A stretch of DNA of 64,000 nucleotides from Octopus vulgaris (Eukaryota): assembly GCA_951406725.2 (NCBI GenBank), contig OX597817.1, positions 31,186,001-31,250,000 of the forward strand. Direction: 5' to 3'. The position numbers and the translations under genes are program-made. Positions 45,490-59,070 of this stretch are shown here, in pieces (the stretch's first letter is position 1; every line of letters starts with the position of its first letter). The notes below the pieces were generated by a model. The model saw only the letters and a program-made list of their open reading frames with translations, did not search any database and was not told where the DNA came from.

Positions 45490-45977
45490 TAGTGAGAATT
45501 TACAAAAAAAAAAAGACGAAGACGGGTTTGTAAACAACAAACAGATGAATTAGTTTAACGCTCGGGAAATGAGAAAGTCTTTTACGTTTCGAGCTAACGC
45601 TCTTCGACAGAAAGAAACACAAATAAAAAGCAGAAATTGCAAAAAAGTTTAGAAAAGTTCAAAAGGTTGAAAGGTAATGGTGTATTGGAGCGATTTCTCA
45701 TCAAAGGAAGAGTCTAGTGTAATCCATGAGTAGGAGACGTGAAGCCGAAGTGTAAGGGTCCAGGTGTAGGAGAGTAGAAGAAAGTCTAGGTAGAGAATTC
45801 AGGTAGAATAGTCCAAGAAAAATTCGAAGTGGGAGTGGAGACAGATTAATGCAGGTGCGACCACGTGAGTGTGTAATATATAGTGAGAATTTACAAACGA
45901 AAAAAATAAAAGATGGGTGTGTAAACAAACGTTCGGGAAGTGAGGAAGTCCTTTACATTTCGAGCCTGCGCTCTTCA
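45490..45977 (-). mobile_element. PLE-type partial direct pseudo-LTR pair (45490-45630; 45880-45977) with an A6U hammerhead variant at 45578-45615
   Basis: Both repeats start atagtgagaatttacaaa. Minus strand: tcttt-CTGTCGA-a-gagc(gtta)gctc-GAAA-c-GTA-aaaga. Confidence 0.65.
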
Positions 45978-46613
45978 TACATATATATATACATGCGTGT
46001 GTGTGTGTGTGCGGGTGTGTGTATATGTATGACTACGTACATACACATGTGTGTGTGTGCAAGTACATATACATGCTTGTGTGCATGTGTATGTATGTAG
46101 ACGTTGTGAACGCAGGTGATTTATGTCTATGTATGTTGTACTTTGTGAGAATATGGTTGTGTGTATATATTTATTTTTTTAAATAAATTTTATCATAATT
46201 TCTATGTTTTTCTTTTTCCATCTATTGAAGTTAATTCCCATGTATTTAGCGGTTATTTCGTAGCGTCTGTTACCATTAATAGCCGACGAGAATATATCGT
46301 AGCTCTTCGCTCCGACATTCGAAACTCTGAGTACTATAATGACAACAGTCTACTATTTGGTCTAATTTATAACACACACACACACATACACACACACGCG
46401 CGCGCGGACACACACACACATATATATATATATATAGACAGAGAAATAAAGATATATATAAATATATATATATCTTTTAAATTTGTTCATGGGAAACGTT
46501 TTAAGTATGCAAATAAAGTTCCTATTCCATAATGCCAGCCACCGTCTAATGATGTTGACTAATGAACCATTTTTCAGGGCTTTGTCAGGTTGTACCGATA
46601 TAATGTAGAATAA

Positions 46614-46661
<48 letters not shown>

Positions 46662-46818
46662 CAATACTCCTTGGATGAAATTTTAAAATATTTAATGCAT
46701 CGCGTTTCCACAAATCACATGACTCTTAAGATTTTAAGAGCCATGTGATCTTAAGTGTCATATGATTTGTGGAAACGGGCGTAGTAATGCAGTAAATGTT
46801 TATAAATTCCATCCAAGG

Positions 46819-46922
<104 letters not shown>

Positions 46923-47154
46923 AAATAGTGTACATTTAAACACAAGAGAAACTACCTTTAACAGGCAATTTTACACGCTAGAAGAATGAGTCAAAACGAC
47001 CAAAACCATATTTAAGACCAATTTCGAAGGGAATGAAAAATAAAAATTTTTACCTTGCTACTTTTTTACGGTTATACCTAGGATTCAAATTTTTTAACAA
47101 ATAAAATAATTTGCTAGACGAAATTCTCATCAGTAACCGTATATATATATATTT

Positions 47155-47635
47155 GTTTTTTGTTTTTTATCTAGTTTCAGCTCACAAGCTGTGGCCATGC
47201 TGGGGCACCGCCATTTGTGTTGCTACATGATTTTACTTCACGAATGCTTTTTAGCAATTGCCATTTGGTGCATGAGAGAGTTTGATGCAGCTGCCCTCAT
47301 CTGTACCTCCTGCCGTGAAGTTGGTACATCTGGGACACCTGACAAGAAGAGATCCAGTTTTATTTTAAAGACATCTGCATCCACCCCATGCAGGTCTCTT
47401 AGGTTCTTCGGGAGGATATTGAAGAGCTGTGGGCCTCGGAAGCCCAGGCTATCACAGTATCTTGTCCTACATCTCGATGGCAAATTTGGAGTCCTTGGCA
47501 TTATGCAGTGGCGCCCAGTTCTGGCATTTGTGTAACTCTCGATGCCAAAGTTTGGGACAAGTCCTTCTAGGATCTTCCAGATGTATATTATGGCACATCT
47601 TTCTCGCCTACGCTCTAAGGAATAGAGTCTCAATC
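47155..47635 (-). mobile_element. CR1/L2-type LINE 3' fragment
   Basis: ORF 47238-47654: LRLYSLERRRERCAIIYIWKILEGLVPN...SLGFRGPQLFNILP...FKIKLDLFLSGVPD. Its 3' UTR resembles the SINE-A tail. Confidence 0.85.
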
Positions 47636-48559
47636 TATATATATATTCACACATACACAGATATACACACGTCTCTGTGTGTTTGTACTTTGATTAATAA
47701 ACGCGTCTATATTTATACTGTTTGATTTCATTATGCTTTATTTTCTTTGCTGACACTTCTCCTTTACGTACCAGGTAGATTTTAAAATTATTTATAGCTT
47801 ATCACGTGACTTTGTTATAAGATTTTTAATCGAAGATTCCAGAAACAGATCGAATTCACCCTTGTATGAAACTGGAATACGATTTTATAAGTTAGTATGT
47901 TAAGTGCAACTCACGAAACACGCGAAGAGTTTAGTTCTTTTTCCTGTTTGTTCCAACGAATCTGTGCGTATGTGTGCGTGAGTGCGTGTGTATGTGTGTG
48001 CGCATGCGTACGTTTCTGCATTTTATACTAGTCAAATATGTATTTATCAACAAGATAATCATAAGTACCGTTGCGGTTGTCCTACCGAGTTATACAATTG
48101 ACCTTTGTCACTCTTGCTGTCTGGAATATCAATGTAACCACATATTATATATATATATATATAAACATATTCAATGATCGTGTTATAAACAATTAAAAAC
48201 AATTAAATTTAAATATAACAATATAGGTCAGTATATGTTTGAGTTTGTCGACCTCTGCTTTTCCCTTCTGTTTCATACTCTCCTTTGCATCATACTTTCT
48301 CTCTCACTACCTCTCCCTCTCATTCCCTCCCTCTCACACCTTCTCTCACTCTTACTCTCTCTCTCTTTCTTTTTCTCTCTCTCTTTCTCTCTCTTTCTCT
48401 CGCGAAGAAATTGTACGACTGCACTCAGACAGAGATGGATGGCTTCCGTTAAATTTTAAATGGCCAAGATATGGTCCATGTCTCAAGAGCTTTCTTATCA
48501 TTTTTTCAAGAATTGGTCCAACAAATATACACCGTGTACGTGCGTGCGTATGTGCGTGT

Positions 48560-48600
<41 letters not shown>

Positions 48601-48732
48601 GTACGTCTGTGTGTGTGTGCTTGTGTGCGTATGTCTAAATATATGTATGCTTATTATGAACACACGCTAGTCATATAAATACATGTACATACGTTTATTC
48701 GTATAGATAGACAGACAGACAGTCAGACAGAC

Positions 48733-48788
<56 letters not shown>

Positions 48789-48852
48789 GTGTGTGCAAGT
48801 ATATATATATATCTATGATTAATTTCTGTTCATATGCATGTTCTCGTATATT

Positions 48853-48917
<65 letters not shown>

Positions 48918-48947
48918 ATGTATATGTGTGTGTGTGTGTGTGTGTTT

Positions 48948-49050
<103 letters not shown>

Positions 49051-49283
49051 GTTAAGGCGGCGAGCTGGCAGAAACGTTAAACACGCCGGGCGAAATGGTA
49101 GCCGTATTTCGTCTGCAGTTCAAATTCCACCGAGATCGACTTTGGTTTTCATCCTTTCGGGGTCGATAAATTAAGTACCAGTTCACTGGGGTCGATATAA
49201 TCGACTTAATCCGATTTCCTGTCCTTGTTTGTCCCCTCTGTGTTTAGCCCCTTGTGGGTAGTAAAGAAATATATATATATATA

Positions 49284-49650
49284 CGAGCAAAACGCCCCCG
49301 TCCAACGGACGGTGCTGAGTTGTCAAACATTTAAACCAAATTTTCTCAAAACAACTTGTCCGACCGTCCCATAGACCTCCCCTTTGAGAAACACTGATTT
49401 AACCTAAATTTGAGACACCAGCAAAAGAAGAAATAAAGATAGACTTTTTTTCTATTCCAAAGAAAAGTGATTTTATTCGCTTTATCTATCGCATTCTCAC
49501 CTGGAATCGATTTTTGTAATTTTTTCAAGACTTATACACACCCTGATACCGTCGGCATCTACATATCAAATTTGAGCGCAATCGGATGGAGGATTCCCGA
49601 GATCCTAGAAGACACACACACACACACAGACAGAACAGATTTTATATAAT
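49284..49650 (-). mobile_element. Non-autonomous Helitron, diverged
   Basis: Subterminal hairpin ccgtccaacggacgg near a CTCG variant end. The other end (cacacagacagaacagattttatata) resembles the other Helitrons here. Confidence 0.65.
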
Positions 49651-49897
49651 GTTATATAATAACATTACATATCATATAGTGGTAATATAGATAATATATT
49701 ACATAATATATGTTATGCATATGTGGTTGTGTGTTGCATGTAGACCTGTACATATGAATATATATTTATACGTCTGTGCGCGAATATATGAGCGCGATTA
49801 GATCTTATCTGTACTTAAACGCATGCATTCAATGCTATTCAGATAGATGAAAGACGCCACCAACAGAGTGTGTGTATATATACATATATATGTACAC

Positions 49898-49943
<46 letters not shown>

Positions 49944-49944
49944 C

Positions 49945-49984
<40 letters not shown>

Positions 49985-50636
49985 TTTCCCCTCACATTAC
50001 CAAGTGTAGTTTCTATTTGCTTTTTGTAACATATTTCTATTATATAAATATATATATACATGCGTACATGTAATGATACCATAATACATATGTATAGTCA
50101 TAAATGACTAACAAACTCTTTCTCGTATGAGATAGAGTTGAACTCAGTGCTCGATCGCTATACTTTTGATATATGCCATTTTCACGCCCGTTTCTACAGG
50201 AAATTAGGGGGCTTTGTTCCGCTTTCTTGGATCCTTTTTCATCCAAATCATCCACTCCTCATCACATCTCTAAAGTCTGAACATCATTTTGCGTTCGCCT
50301 TTACAAGAAATTTGTTATCCTTTGTCTAATTACGCAGCCTTAATTGTCAGCTAACATTAATTTATTTCTTGATATATTTTTTGATAAGTCAGTGATGTGA
50401 AAGAAATATTGCTTTGTACGCGACTAATTGCTAATATTTTTGCATATCCCTTTTTTGTGTATATTTATACATGTGCATAACTGTGTATGTACACATATAC
50501 TTACAGAAACATACAAACACAAATAGACACATATATACGAAGAGATGAAGAGATGTAAACCTCACGCATGCATACATGTACATCAATACACATGTATATT
50601 CATATGTACATATAACCATACACATAGACGCGTATG

Positions 50637-50682
<46 letters not shown>

Positions 50683-50863
50683 GGAGAGACAGAGACAGAC
50701 AGATAAATAAATAGATAGATAAACAGATAAATAGACAGACGTGTATATATATAAATGTATATATACATACATAATCATATATCACACACACACATATATA
50801 TACATACATATATATATATACATACACACACATACACACATATATATACACATATATATATAC

Positions 50864-50919
<56 letters not shown>

Positions 50920-51674
50920 GTGATATATATGAGAGTGTATGTGTATGATTTTAAGAATGTATTTTCAAGTTCCTTTCTCTTTGTTTCTCTCCTTTTCTTT
51001 GTTTATCTTTGATGTAACATAGAGTGCAGAATTTATAATCTTTATGCAAATCTTCAATAGACACATAAGTTGGCAGATATACATACACATATGTGCGTAT
51101 ATATATATATATATGTGTGTTTGTGTGTGTGTGTGTGTACACATATATTTATGTAAACGTGTAGGTGTATACATGGGTATGTTTTTACGCAAGTATTTTC
51201 AAGGTTCCTTCCCGTTGTTTTTCTCCTTTTCTCTAGTTATCTATAATGTAACATGGAGTGCAAGATTTATTATCTTTAAGAAAAATCTCCATTTTCTTAT
51301 GCTTTTATAGCTTGGCGCCTGTGCAGCAAATATTTAATATCACTGCATTCACTTTAGTCCTGAAATAACATAGGGTTTACCATATCCCTCCTAAATATCT
51401 TCTACATAGCTTTAGAGATTTTTTTCCAAAGTAGCGTTTTAGATTATCAGCAAATTGAAATTAATTTCAAAAATCCAGACATGCCATCCGTTCTACGATG
51501 CGTGTATTACCCGACCGTCGCAAAATAAATGTTAACTCCAGACAATTCGACTTAGTAGAACGAGTTCGATTCGTGGTAATAGTCATGGTATTCCATTTGA
51601 ACTGTTGATCCGACGAAAACTACAAAACTCACAATTTAAGGATTTTTCCATAGTCTTCAAATCTGTAACTCCTC

Positions 51675-52063
51675 TAATGGTTAATGGGAAGCACTCCGTC
51701 GGTTACGACGATGAGGGTTCCGGTTGATCCGAATCGACGGAACAGCCTGCTCGTGAAATTAACGTGTAAGTGGCTGAGCACTCCACAGACACGTGTACCC
51801 TTAACGTAGTTCTCGGTGGATATTCAGCGTAACACAGAGAGTGACAAGGCCGGCCCTTTGAAATGCAGGTACAACAGAAACAGGAAGTAAGAGTGAGAGA
51901 AAGTTGTGGTGAAAGAGTACAGCAGGGATCACCACCATCCCCTGCCGGAGCCTCGTGGAGCTTTTAGGTGTTTTCGCTCAATAAACACTCACAACGCCCG
52001 GTCTGGGAATCGAAACCGCGATCCTATGACCGCGAGTCCACTGCCCTAACCATTGCGCCTCCA
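51675..52063 (-). mobile_element. tRNA-derived SINE, distinct family
   Basis: Minus-strand head gtggaggcgcaatggttagggcagtggactcgcggtcataggatcgcggtttcgattcccagacc (A/B boxes); unique body and tail. Confidence 0.8.
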
Positions 52064-53104
52064 CTAACGGTTAATACTATGATATGTAATGAGTATTGTT
52101 AGTCTAATTTGTGTCGAAACGCAATTCATGTTGAAAATAAGTTTCATCTTTTTTAGCAAGTGTTATAAACCCAAACTGGAATATCAAAGTTTAAAAGGTT
52201 TTAATAGACTAAAAATGCAGCAGGCATATTAACAGCAATCGAGACAATCAAAATCACGTGATCAAAACTAAAATCACAACAGCAAATAAACGAAGATCTT
52301 TTTTTCGTTTTTTTGTTTTTTTTACGATTTTGCTATCCTTATCTTTTACTTTTTACCTGTTTCAGTCATTAGACTAAGGTTAATGTGGGCCACTCACTTC
52401 AAAGTTTCGGTTGGACAGATCGCCTCCAGTGCTTATGTATTTTTTAAAGTCAGGTACTTATTCTGTCAACTTCTTTAGCCGAACTGCTAAGTTACAGGGA
52501 CATGAACAACAAACACCGGTTGTTCAAGAGGTGAGTGGAGGTGACAAACACACATACACACATATTTATGTCGGGCTACCACACCGTCTCCGTTAACCAA
52601 ATTTAGACACAAAACATTGGCCAGTCTGGAGCTATAGTAGAAGACACTTGCTCAAGGTGTCGTGCAGTCGGACTGAACCCGAAACCACCTAGTTGCAAAA
52701 GGAGCATCTTAGCCACATAGCCATTCCACCGTCTAAGAAAAATAACAGTTGCCCAAGATGTCATACACTGGGATCGAACTCGGAACCTTGTTGTTGAGAA
52801 GCAAACTTCACCATTCAGTCATAGTGCGCCTATGTAACTTAACTTTCATGGAACACCACAGGTAATCTAGTTTGTGATATTTTAAAGAATAGAAAAGGAA
52901 AAGAAAAGAATAAACATTATTTTTATATAGGAGGGCTTGTTCCTTCGGATTCAGTTTCATCGCCACCTCGTAAATCTGAATTGTTTATCCAACTTCAGTT
53001 TCACCCCAGATTCCAGCTAGGTATACGTATATATTTTGGTACAGCTACATTTAAGTATATGTATATATATACATGTCTGTGCATATAAAGAGATGCTTAT
53101 ATAT

Positions 53105-53159
<55 letters not shown>

Positions 53160-53198
53160 TACACACACACACACACACAGACATATATATATATATAT

Positions 53199-53900
53199 AG
53201 TTAGGTGATACAAAAAAGGGACAACAAAACTTCCAGATAGACGATACAAAGAAAACAAGGACGGGTCATTCGGAGTTTTCTTTTCTCAGTCGAGTTCTAG
53301 ATTATTTCGGGTGGTTATACTCGAGATTGCTACAATCTGGCCAGCCCCAAGGAAAAGCTAAGCTAAGAACATTAGATTCCTTGGAAGAAAGCAGCGAATG
53401 TATACGAAAACAAGGACGGAAAAAATGGAGAATGTTACACAAATACAAATAACAGGACATAACAGGTGTCTTTCGACTAAGGACGAATTAAATTAGGCTA
53501 CCGTGTGTGGAAGTAAAGCCATACGGCAGAGATACAAGTTTGCACAGGCACAAGGAGGAGTACAGATGTTGCTCGGACGGCGGCCAAATCAAGAAAGAAA
53601 GGTCAAGCTTGGCCGAACACCGGTCACGTGAGGAGAGGAGAGAGAGAGGTAACGGGACAGAAACATTCTCCGTTTTTTTCCGTCCTTGTTTTCGTATACA
53701 TTCGCTGCTTTCTTCCAAAGTATCTAATGCTCTTAGCTTAATTTTTCCTTGAGGGTGGCCAGATTGTAGCAATCTCGAGTATAACCACCCGAAATAATCT
53801 GGAACTCGACTGAGAAAAGAAAACTCCGAATGACCCGTCCTTGTTTTCTTTGTATCGTTTATCTGGAAGTTTTGTTGTCCCTTTTTTGTATCACTAACTG
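53199..53900. mobile_element. PLE-type element with ~235 bp inverted pseudo-LTRs carrying deleted permuted-HHR motifs
   Basis: 53199-53437 is the reverse complement of ~53662-53900. Both arms lack ttgcaaaga relative to the 54 kb copy. Confidence 0.8.
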
Positions 53901-54169
53901 TCTGGATGTTTTGTGTTCTGGATGTTTTGTGTTTGTATTTTTTATATATATAACATATAGCTGCGTACGTACACTTTGGTCTCTAATATGTAAGTATATT
54001 TTTATCTAAATCTTGTACGACTCCATTCTTTCTATTATTCTTTCCTTCTTTCTATCAGCCCTTTCACGCTTACTTCGTTCAATCCACTCTTCGTTCTTTT
54101 GTTCCTCCCCTCTCACATTTCCTTGCCTTCTCTTCATGCTCACTTTCCCGCCTCTTTTCACTTCACTGT

Positions 54170-54578
54170 CTTTTTTCTTGCCCCTCCTTATTTCTTCTGT
54201 CTCTCTACATCTCTCTCTTCTCTCTCTATGTGACCGGTGTTCGGCTAAGCTTGACCTTTCATTCTTGGTTCGGCCGCCGTCCGTGTAACATCTGTACTCC
54301 TCCATATGCCTGTGAAATCTTGTATTCCTGCTGTAAGGCTTTACTTTTTTTTTCTGTTCTTGTTTTCGTATACATTCGCTGCTTTCTTCCAAGGAATCTA
54401 ATGTTCTTAGCTAAGTTTTTCCTTGGGGTTGGCCATTTTGGAGCAATCCCGAGCATAACCAGCCGAAATTGCAAAGATAATCTGGAACTCGACTGAGGAA
54501 AGAAAACTCCGAATGACCCGACCTTGTTTTCTTTGTATCGTCTATCTGAATGTTTTGTTGTCCTTTTCTGTATCATCT

Positions 54579-54580
<2 letters not shown>
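54170..54580 (+). mobile_element. Third copy of the same family, with the undeleted permuted-HHR motif at 54433-54502
   Basis: GCAAT-C-CCGAG...agcc-GAAA-TTGC...aatctgg-aa-CTCGA-CTGAGGA. Confidence 0.75.
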
Positions 54581-54632
<52 letters not shown>

Positions 54633-54633
54633 A

Positions 54634-54669
<36 letters not shown>

Positions 54670-54673
54670 CATG

Positions 54674-54773
<100 letters not shown>

Positions 54774-57700
54774 ATATCATAAAGAAGAATGGAGAATCAT
54801 ACATCTTCAAAACTTGTTTCTTATAGTATTAATTGTATTAAATTCACATTAAATTTCCTAATGTCCTTTGATGTAGCATTTATGTGCATTTAGCTGGTTA
54901 AGTTGCAGTCCGTATCTATCCAGGTTAGACATACCTATGCAATTTTACTCATGTTTTTACCCACGTTGGTGGTTGAAACGAACTGAGGAATTCCATATTA
55001 GATAGTCGTTCTTAAAATATATATTCTAAATGAAGGAATCATAAAGTCTTAGTATATATGATGGTAGAAATTGCTTTGAAATACGATATGGATACAATGT
55101 TGGTGCTATTTAAACTTAGAATGACCATTGAGAGTGTAAGGGAGTAGGTTATCTTATATACTTTGCAGTTAAAAAATGTTTAATTAGGCTAGGATACATT
55201 CATTTCACTGACCACTCATAATGAAGATAGGTTGATAGATTAAGATTTATACATACAAACATATATATGTTTCATGATATGCATGTGTACACGCATCGTT
55301 GTATCAAAAGTAGATGTGTATATGAGTATGTACGTGTTGATTCAAAAATAGCCGCATTTCGACTGCTAGCTCCAGTCAAGGCCAACGCAGTATAACCCAA
55401 TTAACTAATAAAAATAACAAAAATATATATAAATGTGAAGAATTTTAAAAGAATCTAAAATATATATAAAAAAAAAATGGTAACACTTCTTGTTTATTGT
55501 TTATTGTTTTGTAAATGGTCATCATTGACACAATTTGAACCGTCACAATATTTCCTTGTTAATTTATTAACTCCATACATGTTGATTATTTATTTAACTA
55601 TCTAATTGCCTTGTCAGTGAAATATGGTAAACGGAAACTGTGCGGGTGCCCCGTCGTGTGTATATGTGTATGTGTGTGCATATATATTTATAAATGTATG
55701 CATATGTGTGCGAGTGTGTATGTGTGTATGTATGTATATATGTGTGTGAGAGTGTATGTATGTATGTGTGTGTGTTGCAACGTTTATGATCGTGTGATAA
55801 CATAGAGAAAGCACAGAGGGAACTCATTACTTGCGTAGAGTGAATATGTGTGTACATATACAGTGTAAATACTGTTACTAATAACCTATTATTGTCAGTT
55901 TCACCATTAAAATTTATTAATCATGTTAGTTTGATTTATTTGAAATTCGTATTAAGTGTTCATTCCACCATATAAAAATTATGGTTGAAATAGTCTGTCA
56001 TGCGCACACACAAGGACTTGCAAGCAGTTGTGGGTTCAAAATTTGTTAGCAACCATTTCTCTCTATTTTACTTCCTATTTTTCTTTCTGTCCCTTCTTTT
56101 TTCATTTTTTTTCTTGTCTCTGAAATTAGGGATCGCTTCTCCCCCTGTTTTACATTCCTAAATTTTCTTTCTCGATGGAATTGCAAGATATAAACCAACA
56201 AAAATGGCTTTTATATAATAAGATACTTTCATTTATCCTCATGCTTCAAATATTTCCATACTGAATCTTGATTTTTATCATATATTTTTTTCATTTTTGT
56301 CGACAGCTATGTGATTTTTCTGCAACCGCATTTTTACAAAATCTGTACAATCCTACAATTTCAATGGCACGCCGATCAAATTTATCACCATAAGATTTGC
56401 CACATACTTTTTAACTGCAAGATGATTCCTTTGACGAGAATATGTAATGTTCAACATTTTAAATATTCTTCCTGCTTTTGCAGAACGTTAATTATAGTTT
56501 TTGCTTTATGTTTAGTTTATGTACAGTTATCGAGATCTCATTCTGGCAATTTTGGGTAGCATTTTGAACATAATCTCGTAAGTCATTGACACTGATCAAA
56601 TGATAAAATTGTTTATATAATTCATCGAATTTTTTTCAAGCTCTTTCCATGAGACAACAAATTCATCTATGTACTATGTTTACCAATTCATAAATTATGC
56701 TAGTTTCTTTGTTCATTATTTCTTGATTTTGTATCCCCGTGCATCAGTCTAAGTTTCATATTCCTTATTACTGCATCCCTATGAAGGAAGGTTTATATAT
56801 TTCCTATTTTCACCAAACTCAATAAACTGAAATGCTTTCGGTGAAATGGTTTCATCTATTTTCCATTCATAGAACAGCTTCGCTCTCTATGTATTTAATA
56901 AACTTTGCTCAATTTCTTTTCAGCTCATGTTAGGTTTAACTTTATTGCTTGAAGAGTATTTGTCATTAACGATGTCAAAATCCTCTAGAAAGATTTGTTG
57001 GGAAAGGTTGCTAGCTATTCTTGCATACTTTTGTTTTTAGTAGGATAAAATTCAGACAATGCTGGGTAAGAATGATGTATGCAACAGCTGGTCTAAGGCT
57101 GCAAACAGCCTATATTGGTTCTAGTACTCTACTAATCTTTAAGATTTCTAATCCAAGTTATCCTGAAATTTTAATAAGTTTCATTTGATTGGCGAAATAT
57201 CAATAAATATTTTAAAGTGGTTTAACTGTTTATGTCTTTGATAAAATCATCCAAAACAGGTTGCAGATGATGACTCAAGTAGTGCCAAATTATGATCTCT
57301 GGAAAAGCATGCTTAAGTTTAGCACTCAAACCTGAGTTCTTGCTAAGCGTTACACTTACCCCATCAGAGTAAAACGCAGTCAGACGATTTTCTTTTATAT
57401 GCGTCGTTTCTGCATACTATCTTTTCAAGTCAAACAAAACGAGAAAAATTGTTGGCGAAAACTCTTTGTATTCAACTTTCTCAAATGTGAGGATAAGTGG
57501 TCGAGGATAAGTGGTGAAGCGTTATGTTTTAACATTTTTTCTTCTATATCGCTTACTTGTTTTAGCCATTGGATTACAGTTAAGCTGGAACACCGCTTTT
57601 TGTTGAATTATTTTCGTAAATATTTCATGTCGTAATATTATCAACTATTTTAACAGCTATCTTGCTCAAATGAAGTCCTACTTCCATGCCCAGTTCATTT

Positions 57701-58750
57701 TTATGTTTAATCTAATCCTAAATATTGTAGACAGTATTAAATACTTACATTTAATGCATAGAGATATGATTTTTGAATTGTAACCTCTTTACATTTTCTC
57801 ATTGGCATTTCCTAAATATTATGTTCTTTTGATGACAACTGGCTATTTCTCTTCATTTCTCCTCCTAAGAGCTGCCTGCATGTCTGCCTGTTGTACATCT
57901 TTATTTGTTCCCTTAAAACTGATAAACTCAAAGTTTGTGTAATGATCAGATCTAAGTTTCTTGTTGATAATGAGCGACCCATTATATTTCATTCTTGAAC
58001 TCCTCAGCCGGCTTCCAACTCCAGTAATCTGGAAAACTATTTCATTTGTCTTGCGCATTTTTGAGTTTCATAACATCCAGTTTCTGCATTGGTACTCCCT
58101 AATTTCTATTGACCCTAATACATCATTACATCATATAATTAATAATTTTTTGATGTTGTTTTTAATTACATACGTCTATAATATATAATTTTGTTTCGTA
58201 AAATACTCATGCTTTTAAAATGAAACTATTGCTGGATCATTACGTTTTAAAATTGATGTTTATTTTATATTATTTCTAATTAAATCCTAATAAGTTACCT
58301 AAATTTTTCTCTTCTTGTAATACATGTGCTTTTGAAATGAAAGCATTTTTCTCCATGAGAAAATGAGTTATGTATAACAACATCATCGTTTGCTAGAAAT
58401 ATTGAAACAAAAGCGAAGGCCGTTCGGCTATGGTTGATATCATATGAAGTCCATAATTTCTGCTGACTCTAATACCTGCAACTTATAATTAATGATTTTA
58501 ATGTTATTTCTAATTAAATATTTCTCAATGAAATTTGAAGTATTGCTGATTCTTATACATCACTGCATATTAAAATTAATGTTTTTTTTTCTTCTTCTAT
58601 TTAAATAATCATAAGTTACCGAAATGTTCTTCTCTCTCCGTAATACATATGCTTTTAAAATGAAAGTGATTTTGTTGTTGTTGTTTTTACTCCCTGAAGT
58701 ACACAATATTTTGTTTTCGTTTGCTACTAAAAGTAAACTATATTTTTATA

Positions 58751-59070
58751 TTGCAGCGTGGAAGGTGTTTATAAGCCATTTAAGAAACACGCAAAAACCG
58801 TTAGATTCATTTCAACATTTAAATTTAATTTGTCAAAATATTTTCGTCGATTTGAGACTGTGACCTGTTCACTGACAAAATTCCGTGCCGCACGGAATTT
58901 TGTCAAAGCGACGAAAATATTTTGACAAATTAAATTTAAATGTTGAAATGTATCTAACGGTTTTTGCGTGTTTCTTAAATGGCTTATAAATACCTTCCAC
59001 GCTGCAATTGTTTTCGTTCCAGCACACGATCTCAGATCAGGTCACTTGCTATGCAAGTACATCTCTGTAA
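58751..59070. mobile_element. Inverted-repeat element family E, G3-C8 hammerhead on - strand at 58829-58879
   Basis: Near-perfect palindrome centred near 58889. The right arm has lost the core by a deletion between tca microhomologies. Confidence 0.8.

Noticed and set aside
56200-58100. Coding-like minus-strand stretch, possibly a decayed DNA transposase or exon (ORF 57843-58058)
   Set aside because: No recognisable motif or clear splice structure; needs translated homology search.
58110-58740. Diverged AT-rich direct repeats (also 50960-51055 versus 51194-51290)
   Set aside because: Old local duplications with no structure or motif suggesting function.
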